Part shown: in pieces, positions 58,359 to 64,000 of the stretch
Position numbering within the stretch: position 1 is the stretch's first letter
How the letters are laid out: each line of letters starts with the position of its first letter
NCBI GenBank assembly: GCA_043228905.1
Contig: JBHGNT010000021.1
Coordinates: forward strand, 9,052,001 to 9,116,000
Direction of reading: 5' to 3'
Source of the DNA: Azolla caroliniana
Lineage: Eukaryota; Plantae; Polypodiophyta
DNA: 64,000 nt
Position numbers and translations under genes: made by a program
Notes under the pieces: generated by a model
What the model was told of the DNA's origin: nothing
The model's database searches: none
The model's input: only the letters and a program-made list of their open reading frames with translations

Positions 58359-59216
58359 TGTCGGGGTAGTTGTGGTTCGTGCGGCGAAGTCGCAAGGACT
58401 AAGGTTAAAGGGAGTGGGCTATATATTTTATAAGGCTTTGTGCATCGATGTTAGGAAGATTAAGGATAGGAAGAAGAAGAGTTAAAAGTAATACGTGATA
58501 GAGAGACGAGTATAGATAAAAAGATAGAGACAATGTATGATTGAAGAATTGAAATGGTATGATAAGAACAAAATTTATATTAAGAACACAAGATTTTACC
58601 AACTGTACAATGCTTCATCGCAAGATGCAATCTTCCTTTGCCAAACTCTAGATTTGAACGACTCCAACCTGGAAACACGAGCCTCTTCACCAACAAGCTA
58701 ACTTTTTTATTTCATTAGTTACGTTCTAACTTTCCCTTCATTGATTGATTACCCTATTTTCCCTTTTTCCCTCTTTTTATAAGTATTGTCATGCATATGG
58801 TAATGTGTAGGAGCATGGCATGCATGTGATGCATGATCGCCATTTGGTGCACATGCATTGCATGTGATGCATGATAGCCATCATGCTTATTTGAGCTCCC
58901 ATGTATGAAAATATATACGGGATAAGTATAATGATGGATATAATCCTAAAACAAATAACCTAGCTTAGTGGTGTATGCTTTGTGCTTGATATACAAGGTT
59001 GAGGGTTCAAGTCCCTCAATTTTACTTAATACAATATTTAAGTTTATTCTTATATAGTGAAGCACATTCTTGACAACATCTCTAAAAACAAATAGCCTAC
59101 CCTAGTGGTATATACATTGTGCTTGGTTTATAAGGTTGTGGGTTCAAGTGTTTGAAATATTACTGAATTCAATATTTAAATTTATTTTTATATCGTGAAG
59201 CAAATCCTTCACGACA
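58359..59216 (-). repeat. Solo LTR I (858 bp) inserted in H
   Basis: TGTCG...CGACA with flanks CCGG and TCGG. The H protease region resumes after it. TATAAAAAGAGGG on the minus strand near 58780. Confidence 0.9.
58954..59150 (+). other. Two tandem tRNA-like (A-box/B-box) cassettes in U3 of LTR I
   Basis: TAGCTTAGTGGT (A box), TTGTG-CTTGATA-TACAA arm and GAGGG-TTCAAGT-CCCTC T-arm at 58961-59017. A diverged second copy lies at ~59095-59149. Confidence 0.7.
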
Positions 59217-60800
59217 TCGGTCCACCATAAATGGACTCCGAGAACCCTGCAATTAAGCTCGTAATCGAAGGCTTCGAAGTTCACGGCTACATTATCGATG
59301 GCGGTTCGAATGTTAATGTCATCAGTGAGGCTACATGTCACGACCTCGGAATCACCCAACGGGATCCATGCCCATTTTGGCTCCGAATGACGGACACCTG
59401 TTCCATTCGACCAATGGGCTTAATCCACCACCTCGACTACATCATCAAAGGCCACACTTTCACCATCTCAACGGTGGTGTTACGCCCCGATGCGTCCAGG
59501 GCGTACCCAATGCTGCTTGGTCATCCATAGTTGCGCACTGCCAACATTAAGTAGCATTGGCAATGGAATATGATATCCTTCTGCTGTGGAAAAACCAAGA
59601 TCTGTGTCGTTACAGAGGAATGGATTGCGATGCCTCCCGATACCAGCCCGCTATATGTCAAAGGAGTCCACATGCTTGATGGCCTCACGGACGAAGAAAT
59701 GGATCACTTACTCGAGGAACATCCCATGATCATTCCTTTGTTTGAAATCGATTTTCCCACGACTGTCCAACCATACGTATCCGAGCTAGACCCTCAGGAG
59801 AACAAGGATCCGCACAAACCTTACCCACAGTCCATCGAAGAATTACGACATGCCCACGATGTTCTTGATGTAGAATTGACTATCTCTTAGAGAGTCAAGG
59901 CATCCACACTAGAGGAAATTAATCTCGGTTTTTCCAGCGAGCCACACACTCTTGAAATCGCGAAAGAACTGGCTTTTGAGGAATGATCAACCCTGGTTGG
60001 TCTACTAACTAATTACCAAGATGTGTTTGCTTGGTCGTGCAACGAAATGAAGGGGCTCAATCCACAATAATACTAGCACCAGATTCACCTCGAACACGAT
60101 GCACGACCCGTGCAACAACGCCGCTACTGGATGAATGCTAATTACGCGACTAAAGTAAAGGAGGAAATCGACAAACTCCTCCAAGTAGGGTTCATTTAGT
60201 TGGTAAAATGGGCAACATGGTTAAGCCCTATCGTCGTAGTTCCGAAAAAGAATGGGCAAATCCAAGTTTGCATCGACTACCGCAAGCTTAACGCGGCAAT
60301 TGTTACGTATGCTTTCCCTCTTCCGTTCACAAATGACGTCCTCGATGTGGTGGCTGGCCATGAATGCTATAACTTTATAGATGGGTCAGTGGCTATAATC
60401 AAATTCGAATGCATCCTGACAACAAAGAGAAAACAACATATGTCACTAAATGGGGCGTGTTCATGGTAGTCGTGATGATGTTCGGCTTAAAGACAGCTCC
60501 GGCCACTTTCCAACGAATTATCGCCGAGATTTTCGACGATTACATTCCGTCCTTTATGCAAGTCTTTCTCGATGACTTTGCCATGTATGGCCTTTATCTA
60601 GAGCAATACTGGCAAGCTTGACTAAGCGTAAACCCAACCAAGTGTGCTTTTTACATGTCTAGTGAAGCCTTACTCGGCCACATTGTCAGTCGCGACGGAA
60701 TAGCAATGGATCCCGACAAGGTGCATGCCATCCTCAATGCTTTGGGCTGAACAACAACAAAAGCCCTTAGCCCGTTTTTGGGTCAGATTAGGTGGCATAC

Positions 60801-63800
60801 TGTTGAGAGACGAGCTCAACATCGGCCGGATCGGCTGAAGAAGCCGAGGACCGGATCGGTTGGGACCGATTGGTTAGGCCGAGTGCGTAAATCAGGAGGT
60901 CGTTAGGAAAGATATTCCGTGAGGAGTATATTTGGGAGTTAGTGTAGGAGCTCTTGATGAGCATTGAAGTACTGTCAGTACTTCGGTCAGTCCATCTAGG
61001 ACTTGTATAAAAGTGTTCACTGAGCACGACTTATGTACAGATTGAGTATTATTGTTGAATATAGTTTTTTGTGTTTCTCTCTTTGTCTCTCTTGTGTATA
61101 CCATGTAATCTCAAGCTCTCCATTAAACCTGAGTTTCCTCTCTTTTGTTCGGTCTTCATACTTGCTTCCGCACGCTACTTTCTACATGGTATCAGAGCGC
61201 GAGGGTTGAGAACCTCTCTGCAGCCGACACAGCTTGACGAAGAAGAACGAGGAGGACGATGGATAGAGGCATGGCGAGCTCGCTTCCAATAGAGAAGCTC
61301 GACAGAACCAACTACGCGTCTTGGTCCTACAAGATGCACCAGTACCTGCTCGGGTACGACTACTGGAGTTATGTCGAAGGAGCTAATGACGCGGCACCCG
61401 AATCGACACACAGGGACTTCTCGTCATGGGAGCAATCGGCGAGCAGGGTATTATACTGCTTCGCGTCGTGTGTGGGCGAACAGCTATTGAGCTATGTTAG
61501 GGATGCAAAGATGTCGAAGGGTGCGTGGGAAAATCTGAAGAAGATTTTCACCGCGAGCACCACAACTAGGAAGCTTCAGCTCCGACAGGAGTTGAGCAAC
61601 CTACGACAACGCGACTTGTCGGTGGCGGACTATACCTCGAAGATCAAGGATATCTGTGACTCCCTCGCCTCCATAGAGGTGAACATCGAGGAGAGCGAGA
61701 TGGTCTAGATCTGTCTCGGAGGTCTGGCGTCGAAGTTCGGAGCGTTCTGAACGGCTGTGTGTACCCGGGAGAATACGCCGCCCTTCTTTGACTTACAGTC
61801 AATGCTCCTGGTAGAGGAGAACCACGCGGGTGCGTCTACAAGAACGCACACCGACAACAGAATGTTGTACACGGAGGGAGATAGGCCCCGTGGACGTGGA
61901 GGACGAGGCGAGTCGGCGCGCAATGGAGGCGGCCGACGAGATCACAGAAGAAGGCACCAAAGTGATGCCTACAGCAACTCCAGACCCTTCGGAAACAGGG
62001 GGAGTCGAAGCGATGAGAACCGGCAAGGGAAGTCCATCGCGGAGTGCTGGTATTGTGGCAAGAAAGGCCACAGGGAAAGTGAGTGCTGGAAGAAGCACGC
62101 CGATTCGGAGAGAACTGGTTCCGGGAACGGCTCCAGACATACCGACAAGGGAAATCAGCAACGATCGCACTACGCCGAAGACTCCGGGAGAGCCGGAGAA
62201 GGGACTGCCTTCGTGACGAGACACGAAGCAAACTCAATGAAACAGACCACCCCGAGATCGGACGAGGTGTGGTACGTAGACTCCGGCGCGTCAAACCACA
62301 TGACGATCCATAAGGAGTGGTTCTCGTACCTTGAAAAACCGATCCAACCTGGAGTAGTCGCAACTGGAGACGACACTCCGCATCCGATCACGGATGTCAG
62401 AGAAGTTCCCCTTAGCCATGTCGGGCAGAAAGGGAAACTCATGAACGTGCTGCACGTCCCGACAATCACGAAAAACTTGGTCTCGGTCGGACAGATCGTC
62501 GACCAAGGGATGGAGGCTCGGTTTACACACCTCGGGTGCTTCATTGAGGAAGAAGGCCGTGTGATTGCGCAAGGGCGCAGAGACGGGAGGATGTTCATCC
62601 TCGACTCCACTGACGGCGGCATCGCAATGTTCACGAAGGGACAAAAGACCGAGTCGGACATCGACTTGTGGCACAAGCGGATAGGCCACGTCAACCACCA
62701 ACGGCTTCAAGATCTGCAATCGAAACAGGTAGTATTCGGATTGCCCAAATTTAGTGGCCGAAAGGCACAAATTTGTGAAGTCTGCCAGCTCGGGAAGCAA
62801 CACCGACTTCCTTTCCCAAACGAGCGAAACCGGAGCCGGAATAAGCTCGACCTTATACACTCCGATGTATGGGGGCCGGCACAAAACGTTAGTCTTGGCA
62901 GGAGCCGATATCTCTTCTCCTTCATCGACGACCACACACGGCACACGTGGATCTACCTCATTGAGAGGAAGAGCAAAGTCTTCGACTGTTTCCGGGACCT
63001 CAAAGGGTTCGTGGAAAAGAAAGCGGGACGAAAGATCTAGTGCCTGTGGTAAAATGGCGGGAAAGAGTACTTTTCTGGTCAATTCAACAGTTATCTACAA
63101 CAAATGGGAATTCGGCACGAATTCAGCTGTAGATACACGCCGGAGCAGAACGGCGTGGTCGATTGTGGAAGCGGCACGGGCAATGCTGGAGGAGAAGAGC
63201 TTGCCCAAGTTCTACTGGGCCGAGGCAGTAAGGACCGCGGTATACATCCAGAACCAGATCGGAGACAAAGTGTCAGCGCACGAGCTATATTTCGGAACTA
63301 AGCCGAACTTGCGACACTTGAGGATGTTCGGTAGCATTGCGTATGTGCATGTACCGAAGAAGAAAAGGAGGAAGCTGGATGCAAAGGCCGAGAAATGCAT
63401 CTTGGTCGGTTACTCGGACGAGCAGAAGGGTTATAAGTGCTATAACCCTCGCACCAAACAAGTGCGTGTCAGCCGCGATGTTGTGTTTGACGAGTCCGCG
63501 TCCTGGTACCAGCCCCCGACTCCGAACCTCGAGTCCAATCCGAGCTCTGACGATGAGGTCAAAGAGGCCGAGATGCCTCCGGATGAGCCCGAAATCGAGA
63601 CCAGCGACGAGAGCCCGATTTCACTCCGGTTAAGTGGACCGATTGGACGACTGAGTCGGTACGACCAGTCCGATGAAGAGTCGGCGACTAGTGGAGACTC
63701 GGCCGTGCATTCCCCGCGTAGGAAGCCGAGGAGACGGCTTACGGGCAAAGAGAAAGGGAAGAAGAAGGTGTCGGATTCCGGCACGGATAGGAATGAGTCA

Positions 63801-64000
63801 GACCGACGCGAGTCCGACTCCGAGGGAACCGGTGACGGGTCTTTAAAGGTGAAGACCGCATCGACCGAGAAGGCCTCAACATCGGCTAATGTGAGATTAC
63901 GCCGATCTACCCGCCAGAAGAACCCTATTTTGCGGTTCGGATACAACGAGTACATGGCGCATCATTATGCGTACATGACCTGTGTAGCGGAAGTGCGTGA
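60801..64000 (+). mobile_element. Ty1/copia element L, 5' part (LTR 60801-61186, Met PBS 61187-61198, gag-PR-INT with stops); continues beyond the window
   Basis: TGTTG...CTACA followed by TGGTATCAGAGC; ATG 61271. CWYCGKKGHRESEC, WYVDSGASNHMT, LWHKRIGH, IHSDVWGP, YTPEQNGV. Confidence 0.93.

Larger units (their letters stand above)
56759..60800 (+). mobile_element. Degenerate Athila-like element H (gag-PR-RT fragment)
   Basis: LDGPAARWY, WQALTSCQISMPLHELLQLLP, IIDGGSNVNVI, CPFWLRM, WLSPIVVVPKKNG and VMMFGLKTAPATFQR are collinear with B gag-pol. Confidence 0.88.

Noticed and set aside
58954-59025. Functional tRNA-Ser(UGA) gene
   Set aside because: No acceptor stem, a pyrimidine at position 37 and no long variable arm; kept only as a tRNA-like cassette.

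Overview
This is eukaryotic, non-seed land plant DNA (most likely a moss, inferred from the element types). It is heterochromatin made almost entirely of nested transposable elements, with no recognisable intact host gene. An old minus-strand Athila-like Ty3/gypsy element (E) is the scaffold for the left two thirds. The window holds four Athila-like elements (B nearly intact; C, E and H degenerate), several Phygy-like Ty3/gypsy families with tRNA-Trp primer sites and 4-bp target duplications (A, D, F, G, solo LTR I), three Ty1/copia elements, and a ~16 kb Sola-like DNA transposon. Five observations stand out. (1) The Sola-like transposon carries a divergently transcribed six-exon gene fusing a ParB/Srx-like domain to a bacterial-type beta-class N4C/N6A DNA methyltransferase; it is hidden because an 8.5 kb retrotransposon splits exon 4. 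(2) Two Athila-like elements have a sense copy of a tRNA-Arg 3' end where the polypurine tract should be, suggesting tRNA priming of the plus strand. (3) The Phygy-like elements insert almost only at N-CG-N sites. (4) Two LTR families carry tRNA-like Pol III cassettes. (5) A conserved G_GAU_UUU slippery site plus pseudoknot links protease to RT. All family assignments come from motif recognition by eye, not database searches.
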